Origin: a virus
Lineage: Duplodnaviria > Caudoviricetes
Virus record (IMG/VR): IMGVR_UViG_3300023174_000047
Location: 32,001 to 96,000 of that record
Strand: one strand, 5' to 3'
DNA length: 64,000 nt
Below are positions 1 to 8,759 of this stretch, piece after piece. The notes beneath the pieces are model-generated. The model made no database searches and was not told where the DNA came from. It saw only the letters and a list, made by a program, of their open reading frames with translations. Position 1 is the first letter of the stretch; every line of letters starts with the position of its first letter. A program made the position numbers and the translations under genes.

Positions 1-1
1 C

Positions 2-700
2 CGTACAAATATCTTAACATCATTTAAAGCAACTCTCAACATCTCTCTCACAGGTGCCTTTAAGCAAACACAGCGCACCAATAATAAGCTTACTATACAA
101 GGTGAGTGTACCACTACAGCAGTAGAGCAATATAATAACATGTTTGATTATGATGTTATGGATTACCGCAAAGTAATGTCTGTTACAGATTTTGAGGAAG
201 GTAGTACCACAGGCATTAATACTTTATTTACCATTGAGCAAACTCTTGCTCAACAAACCTACTTTTCATATGCCATGGGCAATTATGGCTTTGATCTTGT
301 GTCTTGGTACACGCTGAAAAATTGGCTTGATGTGAGAGAAAAAATGCTCGCAACTAAGCGTGAGATGAAATTTGATGACCGCACTCAGTACATGGTAATG
401 TATCCTCAGCCGACTGCAAATAGCAGATTCTATGGTGTAATTTCAGCATATGTTGAAAGACCGCTGCGTGATTTAATCAAGGAGTTTTGGGTATACGAAT
501 ACGCACTTGCTCTTACTAAAATTTCAGTAGGATATGTAAGAGGTAAATATGGGCAGCTGCCGCTGTTTGGTGGTCAGGTCTTTTCATCTGATATGATGAC
601 ACAAGGCATTGAAGAAAAGAAACGCCTCGAAGAACAGCTGTTTAGCGGCTCGGCTCCAGGCATGGGTGCAGTAGAACCTGTCTGTTTTATGGTTGGGTAG
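2..700 (+). CDS. T4 gp13-like neck/head-completion protein, 5' partial
   Basis: Frame is open from base 2, upstream of the listed ATG at 140. C-terminal WVYEYALALTK..VG..RGKY..LPLFGG pattern resembles gp13; adjacent to head genes. Confidence 0.7.
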   Translation, partial: RTNILTSFKATLNISLTGAFKQTQRTNNKLTIQGECTTTAVEQYNNMFDYDVMDYRKVMSVTDFEEGSTTGINTLFTIEQTLAQQTYFSYAMGNYGFDLVSWYTLKNWLDVREKMLATKREMKFDDRTQYMVMYPQPTANSRFYGVISAYVERPLRDLIKEFWVYEYALALTKISVGYVRGKYGQLPLFGGQVFSSDMMTQGIEEKKRLEEQLFSGSAPGMGAVEPVCFMVG

Positions 701-762
701 TGCTAGTATGTTATGTTTCAAGCATAAAAAGTCTATGATGTATGATATAAAGCGTATAATTT

Positions 763-1452
763 ATGCTTACTAATATAAATACGAATATGGCGTTTAAATT
801 GCTAGTAGAAAAACCAGCTCCACAGGAAGAGTTTGAATACATTCTTGAAGAAAAGGATCGTAATGCACCTGCAACTCTTTTTATCAAAGGTCCATATATG
901 ATGGCAAATGGTGTAAATAGAAACAAGCGGCTATACCCATTGGAGGAGATGACTCGTGAAGTTACACGATATACATCTGAAATGATTAAAACGGGACGTG
1001 CAATGGGAGAGCTCAATCATCCAACTACCGCTGATGTAGATTTGGAACGTGCATGTCACATTGTTACTGATTTATGGCAGGAGGGCAATGTATTTTATGG
1101 CAAGAGCAAAGTTCTTTCAACACCATGTGGTCTAATTGTCAGAGCCCTCATCAATGATGGTGTGAAAGTTGGCATGAGCTCAAGAGCTCTTGGTCAATTG
1201 GTTTCTGAAAGCAATGGTACCTCCGTTGTTAAAGAAATGCGATTGGTGGCAATTGATTGCGTTGCTGATCCTTCATATCCAAAAGCGTTTGTTAATGGTA
1301 TACTCGAAAGCAAGCAGTGGGTAGTTGCAACTGATGGCAAGTATCAAGAATCCTATGATAGTTTTGAGCGAAACATCTCACGTTTACCGAAGAAAAATTT
1401 AGATGTATTTTTGCGTGAACACATCATTAAATTCATTAACCTGATTAAATAA
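763..1452 (+). CDS. gp21: Prohead core protease
   Basis: LFIKGPYM..N.VNRNKRLYP, AMGELNHP, GMSSRALG and DCVADPS motifs of the T4 gp21 family. Confidence 0.95.
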   Translation: MLTNINTNMAFKLLVEKPAPQEEFEYILEEKDRNAPATLFIKGPYMMANGVNRNKRLYPLEEMTREVTRYTSEMIKTGRAMGELNHPTTADVDLERACHIVTDLWQEGNVFYGKSKVLSTPCGLIVRALINDGVKVGMSSRALGQLVSESNGTSVVKEMRLVAIDCVADPSYPKAFVNGILESKQWVVATDGKYQESYDSFERNISRLPKKNLDVFLREHIIKFINLIK

Positions 1453-1462
1453 ATACATTCGT

Positions 1463-1609
1463 ATGCGTAATAAACAGCAAATAATTAAATTTATCAGTGC
1501 GGTAAATAATAAAAATTACCACAGCGCAACTAAATATATACAAGCAATCGTCGAAGCCAATGTTAAGCATAAGATTGCCTCTGCCGTAAAAACCACAACG
1601 CTTTTCTGA
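1463..1609 (+). CDS. Small 48 aa protein, possibly gp67-like prohead core protein
   Basis: Hand-translated MRNKQQIIKFISAVNNKNYHSATKYIQAIVEANVKHKIASAVKTTTLF. Fills the gp21-gp22 gap and is preceded by TAAATA. Not in the ORF track. Confidence 0.6.
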   Translation: MRNKQQIIKFISAVNNKNYHSATKYIQAIVEANVKHKIASAVKTTTLF

Positions 1610-1610
1610 T

Positions 1611-2498
1611 ATGGGAAATACCAACAACAACTTCGTAGACATAATTAAAGAAGCCACCGAAGGCATTCTTTCAGAGGAATCCTTAGTAGCAGTCCAAGAA
1701 GCTTTCGATAAGGCGGTAGACGAAAAGTCTACTCTAAATATTGAAGCAGCGCTTGTGAGTCAGGATGCAGAATATGCAGATAAGCTACAATCGCTTCTTG
1801 AGACAATTGATGGAAATCATACTGGCAAGCTTCTTAAACTTGCAGAAGCAATTGATACAAATAATGCTGTTAAGCTCAACAGAGTTGTTAAAAAGTACAA
1901 AACAGCCCTTGCAAATGAAGCAGCACAGTTCAAGAAAAGCCTCGTTAAATCAATGAGCAGATATCTTGAAGTATATTTGGAACAAGCAATTCCACAAGAA
2001 TTCATAAACAAAGCAGTGATTGAGCGTAAAGCTCAGCATGTTTTAGAAAATCTTCGCCAACATCTTGCCATTGATTCCGCTCTCATGGGCGAGTCGATAA
2101 GAACAGCAGTGATTGATGGCAAAAACCAAATTAATGAAGCTCATACAGAGCTTGAGAAAGTACAACGCCGCGCTCGGTTGTTGGAAGAAAAGCTTGTTAA
2201 ATCACAAGCAGATCTGATCCTTATGGAGAAGACATCTACTCTTCCAATTAAAAAGCGTGAATATGTCAAGCGTGTTCTTGATGGCAAGTCTGCAACTTTC
2301 ATTGCAGAAAACATCGATTACACCATCGGCCTGTTTGACAGGACCGAGCGTGACCAAGTTGACTTTCTCAGAGAACAGGCAATGCATGACATCGTCGCAA
2401 CAGATGATGCCCCTGCTGACAGTAGAATTGTTGAGGAGTCCTCACAATTCACATCACAGACATGCAGCCCGTATCTCCAAGAACTTTCCAAGTACTAA
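1611..2498 (+). CDS. gp22: Prohead core scaffold protein
   Basis: Long acidic helical/coiled-coil protein between protease and major capsid gene, as in the T4 gene order. Confidence 0.85.
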   Translation: MGNTNNNFVDIIKEATEGILSEESLVAVQEAFDKAVDEKSTLNIEAALVSQDAEYADKLQSLLETIDGNHTGKLLKLAEAIDTNNAVKLNRVVKKYKTALANEAAQFKKSLVKSMSRYLEVYLEQAIPQEFINKAVIERKAQHVLENLRQHLAIDSALMGESIRTAVIDGKNQINEAHTELEKVQRRARLLEEKLVKSQADLILMEKTSTLPIKKREYVKRVLDGKSATFIAENIDYTIGLFDRTERDQVDFLREQAMHDIVATDDAPADSRIVEESSQFTSQTCSPYLQELSKY

Positions 2499-2571
2499 TA
2501 TAGTACTAGTGGAATCACAAAAATGAGGTACAAAAATACCTGAGATCGAGAATAAGAAAAAAGGAATATCT

Positions 2572-4041
2572 ATGAATAGAATCAAACCTACACAGGCTTA
2601 TATCGATCAAAATCGCGCTAAGGTGCTTCTTGAAAAGTGGGGTCCAGTATTGGATTACACCTCCAAGAACGTCGCAGCCATCGAAAACGAACATACTCGT
2701 TTAAACACCGCAATGCTCTTGGAAAACCAAGAAGCATGGTGCTTAAGCGAAGCAAACGTTGGCGGTCAAGGCGGTTCTTTTGGTAGTGCAGCGGGTGGTC
2801 AATACTCCCCTCCTACCGGAATTTCCTCTTCCGACAGCTATGCTACAAATGATGCTCGTCTTCCAAAGATTTTGATTCCGATGATTCGTCGTACGTTCCC
2901 TGAACTTATCAGTAACGAGATATGCGGTGTGCAGCCAATGAGCGGCCCTGTCGGACTCGCCTTTGCTCTTCGCTACAAGTATGGTACAAACACACTTGGT
3001 AACGCAAACAGCATTGACGGATCTACACAAGGTACATCAGGCACGCATAGTCAGCAAGGAGTTAGTTACGGAACCGGCAACGGACAAAATGAAATGGGAT
3101 ACCAGTTCATTGACACCCGCTTCACCGGTACTTCCGCAACTGTACTCTCCGGTAATAGCTACTGGACTTTCGCTAACCAAGACCGTGGTGTCGCAGAGAT
3201 TTTGAAGAATTTCGAAATCAATAGCAACATCCCAACAGTCGAAGTTAGTTTTGAAAAGACAGCAGTTGAAGCCGGTACTCGCCGTCTGGGCGCTCGTTGG
3301 TCTGTTGAGTTGGAACAGGATCTGAAGAACATGAACGGTATCGATATTGATGCTGAGATTACAAATGCTATGGCATATGAAATCCAGGCTGAAATCGACC
3401 GTGAAATGATTATCCGAATGGTCCAAACCGCACTCAGTCAGCCATACGGCGTTGGCTATTCTGTCTGGAGCCCAGCTTCAGCAGATGGTCGCTGGATGGT
3501 AGAGCGCAACCGTGACTTCTACCAGAGACTCATCATCGAAGCAAATCGCATCGCAGTACGTAATCGTCGCGGTTCGGCTAATTTCATCGTTGCAACACCT
3601 CGTGTGTGTGCAATCCTTGAAATGCTTCCTGAGTTTCAGTGGGCACCTGTCCAAGGCAACGTTAACACCCAGGCAACTGGGGTTGCTAAGGTAGGAAACC
3701 TTGGTGGAAGATTCAATGTGTACCGCGACACTCGTACTGAAGTGCAAAACAGCAATGTCTATGGTGACAACGGTTATACCGGTCAAACCGCAGGCGTTGA
3801 GTATGCACTACTTGGTTACAAAGGCAGCGAATTTTATGACACTGGCATTATCTATTGTCCGTACATTCCTGTTATGATACAACGTACCATTGGTCCAAAC
3901 GACTTCGCTCCACGTGTAGGCTTGCTTACACGTTATGGCGTTGTTGATAACATCTTCGGTGCTAATCTGTACTATCACGTAATCATTGTTCAGGGTCTTG
4001 GTGTGGCATTCACACCTGCGACACAGACAGTCTACTTCTAA
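2572..4041 (+). CDS. gp23: Major capsid protein
   Basis: LLEKWGPVL, ICGVQPMSGPVGLAFALR, LGARWSVELEQDLK, EIQAEIDRE, YCPYIP and GLLTRYG hallmark motifs. Confidence 0.98.
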   Translation: MNRIKPTQAYIDQNRAKVLLEKWGPVLDYTSKNVAAIENEHTRLNTAMLLENQEAWCLSEANVGGQGGSFGSAAGGQYSPPTGISSSDSYATNDARLPKILIPMIRRTFPELISNEICGVQPMSGPVGLAFALRYKYGTNTLGNANSIDGSTQGTSGTHSQQGVSYGTGNGQNEMGYQFIDTRFTGTSATVLSGNSYWTFANQDRGVAEILKNFEINSNIPTVEVSFEKTAVEAGTRRLGARWSVELEQDLKNMNGIDIDAEITNAMAYEIQAEIDREMIIRMVQTALSQPYGVGYSVWSPASADGRWMVERNRDFYQRLIIEANRIAVRNRRGSANFIVATPRVCAILEMLPEFQWAPVQGNVNTQATGVAKVGNLGGRFNVYRDTRTEVQNSNVYGDNGYTGQTAGVEYALLGYKGSEFYDTGIIYCPYIPVMIQRTIGPNDFAPRVGLLTRYGVVDNIFGANLYYHVIIVQGLGVAFTPATQTVYF

Positions 4042-4091
4042 TTGAAGGAACAAAGCATTAATCGGCGCTGGAGGATTGCTACTCCAGCGCT
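4030..4091 (+). repeat. Direct repeat copy 1 (gp23 3' end plus terminator)
   Basis: About 60 nt similar to 5892-5951, with an identical 28-nt core ggcgctggaggattgctactccagcgct. Confidence 0.9.
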
Positions 4092-4098
4092 TTTTTTA
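4064..4098 (+). terminator. Rho-independent terminator after gp23
   Basis: ggcgctggag-gattgcta-ctccagcgct hairpin followed by a T run. Confidence 0.9.
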
Positions 4099-4142
4099 TA
4101 CATAAACGCCAAAAAAATTATCTTGCAAAAATAAGACTTTCA

Positions 4143-4150
4143 TATAAATA
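4143..4150 (+). promoter_or_regulatory. T4-type late promoter TATAAATA
   Basis: Exact gp55 consensus 5 nt upstream of the ATG at 4156; gp55 is encoded in the window. Confidence 0.75.
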
Positions 4151-4155
4151 AAAAC

Positions 4156-4956
4156 ATGTCGTTGCAATTTAGAAAGAACAAAACGTGGACCGAAGAGCAA
4201 AAGAAAGAAATAATTGAATATGCAAATATGCACGGTATATGGTCTGTAAAAGCAAAATTTAACGTGTGGCCTGAAACTGTAAAATATTGGATAAATCCAG
4301 AGCTACGCAACAAGATCAAAAAGATGTCCAATGAGAGTTACAAAAAAACAAAGCAGGATGTTGATGTCAATGATCGCAAAAGAGAGTATAGAAAAATGCG
4401 AGCTGAATCAGGCGATACAGCTAGATACTGGAAACAGTGGTATAAAAGTTTAAGCACAAATAAAAAAGAACAAAATAGTATTCGCATTAAGCAGCACCGG
4501 TTAGATAACAAGGAGCAATACAAACAAAGAGCACAAAAGCACTATGTTGAAAGTAAACCACATTTACGCGAAAAATACAACACCGATCCATTGCATAAAA
4601 TGAAATGCAACATTAGAGAACATATTAGACAGGCCATCAAATATGCTAATTGCTCCAAACATCATCCATCAATTGTATATTTAGGCTGTACAATTGAAGA
4701 GTTCAAACAACACATTGAAAAACAATTTAGACCAGGAATGACCTGGGACAATCATGGCAGAGGAGAGCAATGCTGGCATCTAGATCACATTAAACCGCTC
4801 TGTTGCTTGCAACAACTTACACCAGAACATCTCAAAGATATATGCCATTTCTCTAATTACCAGCCTCTATGGGAAATAGAAAATTTAACCAAAAACGCTA
4901 AATTTCAAGAAACAGATACAAAAATATCAAACACATTACATGATCAAATTAACTGA
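4156..4956 (+). CDS. HNH endonuclease with N-terminal HTH, probable homing endonuclease
   Basis: C-terminal WHLDHIKPL...HFSNYQPLWEIENLTK beta-beta-alpha-metal motif; basic helical linker; N-terminal HTH-like segment. Confidence 0.8.
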   Translation: MSLQFRKNKTWTEEQKKEIIEYANMHGIWSVKAKFNVWPETVKYWINPELRNKIKKMSNESYKKTKQDVDVNDRKREYRKMRAESGDTARYWKQWYKSLSTNKKEQNSIRIKQHRLDNKEQYKQRAQKHYVESKPHLREKYNTDPLHKMKCNIREHIRQAIKYANCSKHHPSIVYLGCTIEEFKQHIEKQFRPGMTWDNHGRGEQCWHLDHIKPLCCLQQLTPEHLKDICHFSNYQPLWEIENLTKNAKFQETDTKISNTLHDQIN

Positions 4957-5869
4957 ATTAAAGCAGCAAGTTATGCTCATGGCCAAAACAATGCCTAAGC
5001 AAGCAATCATTGATTTAATGCAGGGTATTATTTCTGCTGCTACTATATACAGGTGGATTTCAAATGATAGAAGCAATGATGATTGTCTGGCATTGTGTTA
5101 TACAGAACAGCAGCTTCAGCGGGAATTAAATATGTATAAAATATCTGATGGAACTTATGACGCAACTCCTCGTAACAATAAAATTGTTTTAAACTTTCAG
5201 CCACATTTTTATCATAATGAGCGCCGGCTATGGCAACATCTAGAAATTAGAGATAAATTAATTGCTAATAGAAAAAAATATTTAAACAAAAACGAATTTA
5301 CCAATGCTGAAATACTTCGAGGGTTTAAGATATCTGGTATTTGTAGCGGTTTTTCGCATTTCTCTCCATTATGGTTGCGTAAATTTATACAGCAATACAA
5401 TATAAAAGATGTTTATGATCCCTGTGGTGGGTGGGGTCACAGAATACTTGGTGCACTAAATATTAACTATCATTACAATGATGCATGGGAAGCATCATGT
5501 ATTGGTGCTGAAAAAATTATTAATTTTTGTAATGCGCATCACTCTGTTTCCAATAACGACTGCACAAAAATTTATACAAAAAATGACGCATGCTTCACAT
5601 GTCCGCCATACTATAATATTGAACAATATAGTAAAAAAAAGTTTAGGGATACAAATGATTATCAAGAATTTATTAACTGCATGATTGGTAATAGCGTTGC
5701 AAATATTTGGGGCGTAGTTATAAACAGCACCTACAAGCACCATGTGCAATCTGCATTTGAGCTGCAGGGATACAGATTAATTCAAACAACAAAATTAGGC
5801 AAGACATTTTCACACTTTACTAATAAAGCTAAGCAAAATGCTGAATGGCTATTTGTTTATGTTAGATAG
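4940..5869 (+). CDS. Putative amino (N6A/N4C) DNA methyltransferase
   Basis: SAM-binding VYDPCGGWG and catalytic-type FTCPPYY motifs; N-terminal HTH-like ISAATIYRWI. Confidence 0.8.
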   Translation: MIKLTELKQQVMLMAKTMPKQAIIDLMQGIISAATIYRWISNDRSNDDCLALCYTEQQLQRELNMYKISDGTYDATPRNNKIVLNFQPHFYHNERRLWQHLEIRDKLIANRKKYLNKNEFTNAEILRGFKISGICSGFSHFSPLWLRKFIQQYNIKDVYDPCGGWGHRILGALNINYHYNDAWEASCIGAEKIINFCNAHHSVSNNDCTKIYTKNDACFTCPPYYNIEQYSKKKFRDTNDYQEFINCMIGNSVANIWGVVINSTYKHHVQSAFELQGYRLIQTTKLGKTFSHFTNKAKQNAEWLFVYVR

Positions 5870-5891
5870 CTTTATACTTACGAAAAGGATC

Positions 5892-5951
5892 GTGTACTTC
5901 TGATTGAAGCAAAAAATCATATTGGCGCTGGAGGATTGCTACTCCAGCGCT
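5892..5951 (+). repeat. Direct repeat copy 2 (degenerate gp23 end plus terminator hairpin)
   Basis: gtgtacttctgattgaag...ggcgctggaggattgctactccagcgct matches 4030-4091. Confidence 0.9.
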
Positions 5952-5972
5952 CCTTTTTGTATAAATATAAAC

Positions 5973-6254
5973 ATGATTAGTCAGTTTAACATTATATTTG
6001 AACAGCTGTTACTCGAAGCGAAAAAAGGTGTACGCTGCACCAAGGTAACAGGGCAACAATCATCAACTAGAGATGATAAAAAATACATGCGCTGTGCGCG
6101 TGTTGGTGGTAAGCTTAAGCGCATTCATTATGGTGATCCCAATCTGAGAATCAAAAAATCTAATCCTAAGAAGCGTAAGTCATTTAGAGCGCGTCACAAA
6201 TGTTCAAGTGCTAAGCCAGGAACTGCAAGATATTTTTCATGTAAGAATTGGTAA
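5973..6254 (+). CDS. Small basic conserved phage protein (KSFRARHKC motif)
   Basis: ATG 5973 follows TATAAATA at 5960-5967. GDPNLRIKKSNPKKRKSFRARHKC...ARYFSCKNW is a pattern I recognise from large-phage hypothetical proteins. Confidence 0.75.
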   Translation: MISQFNIIFEQLLLEAKKGVRCTKVTGQQSSTRDDKKYMRCARVGGKLKRIHYGDPNLRIKKSNPKKRKSFRARHKCSSAKPGTARYFSCKNW

Positions 6255-6292
6255 AAAATAAACCCGCCTTATGGTGGGTTTATTTTTTTTTT
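6253..6292. terminator. Bidirectional intrinsic terminator
   Basis: aaaaaataaacccgcc-ttat-ggtgggtttattttttt with A/T tracts on both sides, between convergent genes. Confidence 0.85.
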
Positions 6293-6309
6293 GATTGACT
6301 ATTTGATGC

Positions 6310-6696
6310 TTAATGCATTTCAAGTGCCCACAATCTACGTGTGTTGGGGCTTATATTATCCGTATTTGCTGCTGATACATTCTGAACTTTGGATACTCCA
6401 AATGCAGTTGTTACAGTCACGAGGGAACTTGTACGATCAGGGAATTCGAGAGCAATGGTTTGACCTTGGAAACTCCTGTTTACAGTAATGCTCAAGCCAT
6501 ATGCTGCAGAAAGTGTCACCTTGGTGGTATCTGCATTGGTGAAATTACTATTGTATAAAACCGCTACAACTCGTTTACCATTAATGGTTCCAAAAGAATT
6601 TACGACAATGGTACCATTAGATGCAGAAAGGGTTGCATTAAGTGGCTGTGGATTATATGCAGTTGCATCGCGGAGTTCAAAATTAAAAGCTGGCAT
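6310..6696 (-). CDS. Hypothetical protein, beta-rich, likely virion-associated
   Basis: 128 aa ORF with ATAAATA upstream. Confidence 0.6.
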   Translation of the reverse strand: MPAFNFELRDATAYNPQPLNATLSASNGTIVVNSFGTINGKRVVAVLYNSNFTNADTTKVTLSAAYGLSITVNRSFQGQTIALEFPDRTSSLVTVTTAFGVSKVQNVSAANTDNISPNTRRLWALEMH

Positions 6697-6781
6697 ACAT
6701 TTATTTATTCGCTATGCAAGGCATTTATGCATTGTTGCTGTTGCAGGTTAATTCTTTTTAATATTATTTTCAGTGCACTCA

Positions 6782-7099
6782 TTAACGCATGAATGTCTTC
6801 ATGTTTTCTACAATCAAACCATCCATATACCGAAAAAACGATTCAGGTGTGAAGCTATGAGCTTGCTTTTTTAAATCAGCTATATATTTTAAGTGCTGCA
6901 CAAAATTCGCATCATTTTCTTTGTTGCGATTTTCTGCTGATTCATAAGCTTCAGATTCTTCGTCTGCATCAAATGTTGCAACTATATAATCTTTTTTTGT
7001 AGAATCATAGACAGCAAAGCGGCCATCATAGGTTCGCTTTACTTTATAATTCTTATCTCCTAGTCTATATGGTTCAATTCTTTTGTAAGATTTAATCAT
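6782..7099 (-). CDS. Hypothetical protein
   Basis: Likely start MIKSYKRIE at 7099, overlapping the stop of the upstream small ORF. Confidence 0.6.
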   Translation of the reverse strand: MIKSYKRIEPYRLGDKNYKVKRTYDGRFAVYDSTKKDYIVATFDADEESEAYESAENRNKENDANFVQHLKYIADLKKQAHSFTPESFFRYMDGLIVENMKTFMR

Positions 7100-7263
7100 T
7101 TTAATTTGCCTCCACGTTTGCGACATTTTGCAATGTATCCACTTGCATATGCACTTGGAAATACTTTGTATTTGCTCTTGGCTTTGCGATAACATGCATC
7201 ATGCTTGGGCTTTTTAACTTTTTCTTCAAGCACGTATGTAAATATTTCAGCAAAGATTTCCAT
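7096..7263 (-). CDS. Small basic conserved phage protein (DACY..K..Y.VFPSAYASG motif)
   Basis: Hand-translated MEIFAEIFTYVLEEKVKKPKHDACYRKAKSKYKVFPSAYASGYIAKCRKRGGKLK. Not in the ORF track. Confidence 0.75.
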   Translation of the reverse strand: MEIFAEIFTYVLEEKVKKPKHDACYRKAKSKYKVFPSAYASGYIAKCRKRGGKLK

Positions 7264-7265
7264 GA

Positions 7266-7721
7266 TTATTCACAGTCTTGATTTGCTTTGCATTCTTTAC
7301 ACTCACTGCAATCGCAGCCTTCTTCAGCATATTTGCAATGCATGTGCTCTTCTGCTTCTTCTTTTCCGTGAATAGCTTTGTTTATTTTTTTGCGACGATT
7401 TTTGAGAAATTCATCTGTTTTATCTTTTTTGCCATCATTATTGATATCATCATCCTCTTCACCAACATCATCAAGTTTTTCAAGATATAATGACATCACA
7501 TGTTGATATGCAAAATCAAAAACATTTCCTGGCTGTGCACGTTCAACTAAAGCATTTAATTCATTGGCAAATGCAGATTCTTTTTTTAGAAATTTCTTGA
7601 TTTCTTTTTTGGGCATTTTTTTAGCTACTTTGGCTGCAGCACCTTTTGCTTTGCCTTTGCTTTTTTTAGCACCCATAACGGCACCGAAGAATTTGCGTTG
7701 TTTTTCTGATTTTGCTGGCAT
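7266..7721 (-). CDS. Hypothetical late protein with basic MPAKSEKQRKFFG N-terminus and a DINNDG acidic loop
   Basis: 151 aa ORF; CATAAATA upstream; dockerin/EF-hand-like DINNDGKKDKTD; Cys-rich tail. Confidence 0.7.
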   Translation of the reverse strand: MPAKSEKQRKFFGAVMGAKKSKGKAKGAAAKVAKKMPKKEIKKFLKKESAFANELNALVERAQPGNVFDFAYQHVMSLYLEKLDDVGEEDDDINNDGKKDKTDEFLKNRRKKINKAIHGKEEAEEHMHCKYAEEGCDCSECKECKANQDCE

Positions 7722-7732
7722 AATGCTTTTAT

Positions 7733-8650
7733 TTATGCTGCTGCGCGCATTTTTAAAAGCATTTTTTCAATGGCTAAATCTTTCATTTTGAGTTCTACTT
7801 CGTAATCAACAGGCATACCGAAATCTTGAGGCAACAGATTAGCATAGTCTGCATGCTTGCGAGTACCATCAATTCCTTCACTGTAGTGAAATACAGGACG
7901 ACAAGGCCATGTGCTATATGCTACATCAAATGCTTCTTGATGACTCATGGCATCTCCGATCATTTCATGATGCAAGTTATCATATGTTACCGGAATTTGT
8001 TCAGTCTTGTACAATTGATTGTAAAGCTCTTGAATAGTCCATTGACCTTGCTTGTTGTCATTCACTTCAACAACTAACCGCTTGCGTACAGAGTCGGAAC
8101 ATTTGGATAGATTGCGACGAAACGTTTGCCCCAGTTTCTCCACGTCGCCTTGTTGTCGAATGTGAATATTAAGAGGAGACTCGTATCCCCGGGGCAACCC
8201 AAGGAGATCAAAGATCTCACCATGTTGCTCTAGGTCTCTAATAGAGTTTGCAACAACACCGTCATCTTCACTTGTTAGGGAGATGAATTCAGAAGGATGC
8301 GCACTGGTTCGAATGTTAGTATCAATAATGGCCTGCTTAGCTTCATCAATGGCATCGAAGATTTTATCTGCATCATCAAAGTCGAGTAGTGTCATGTTGA
8401 CAAGAGGGTGGTTGACAACTGGTACAAGATCTGAAGGTATGCGATATCGCTCAATGCCCATGTCCTTGCACATGTGTACAATTTTAGCAACAGCTTTAAA
8501 GTTGTTGATGATACGCAGTGCAAGAATTGATTCTGCTTGTTTGCGCGGCAGTTTAGCAAACCGCGTGTAGGTCATAGTTTGAAACTTAATGCCTTGCTCT
8601 TTACATTTAAGAGAAATGCAGCACAGACCGAGTGAATAATTATATTTCAT
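7733..8650 (-). CDS. uvsE: UV-damage endonuclease (UvsE/UVDE family)
   Basis: LGLCCIS, YRIPSDLVP, RTSAHPSEF, RLVVEVND, TYDNLHH, FHYSE, HADY and EVELKMKDLAI motifs. Confidence 0.93.
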   Translation of the reverse strand: MKYNYSLGLCCISLKCKEQGIKFQTMTYTRFAKLPRKQAESILALRIINNFKAVAKIVHMCKDMGIERYRIPSDLVPVVNHPLVNMTLLDFDDADKIFDAIDEAKQAIIDTNIRTSAHPSEFISLTSEDDGVVANSIRDLEQHGEIFDLLGLPRGYESPLNIHIRQQGDVEKLGQTFRRNLSKCSDSVRKRLVVEVNDNKQGQWTIQELYNQLYKTEQIPVTYDNLHHEMIGDAMSHQEAFDVAYSTWPCRPVFHYSEGIDGTRKHADYANLLPQDFGMPVDYEVELKMKDLAIEKMLLKMRAAA

Positions 8651-8690
8651 ATATAGACATGTTATATGCTTTTTGCAAAATAATCAACAT

Positions 8691-8722
8691 AAAAAACCCG
8701 AGCAGCTTTGTGCTGCTCGGGT
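8691..8722 (-). terminator. Intrinsic terminator downstream of queF
   Basis: acccgagcagc-N5-gctgctcgggt hairpin followed by a U tract on the minus strand. Confidence 0.85.
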
Positions 8723-8759
8723 AGGGGCGTCCACCATTGTTGCTGTTACAAGCAACAAA

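Noticed and set aside
4064-4091. Repeated hairpin as a tRNA fragment or att site
   Set aside because: It has no cloverleaf, is followed by a T tract like a terminator, and no integrase is in the window. I recognised no tRNA or rRNA genes anywhere.
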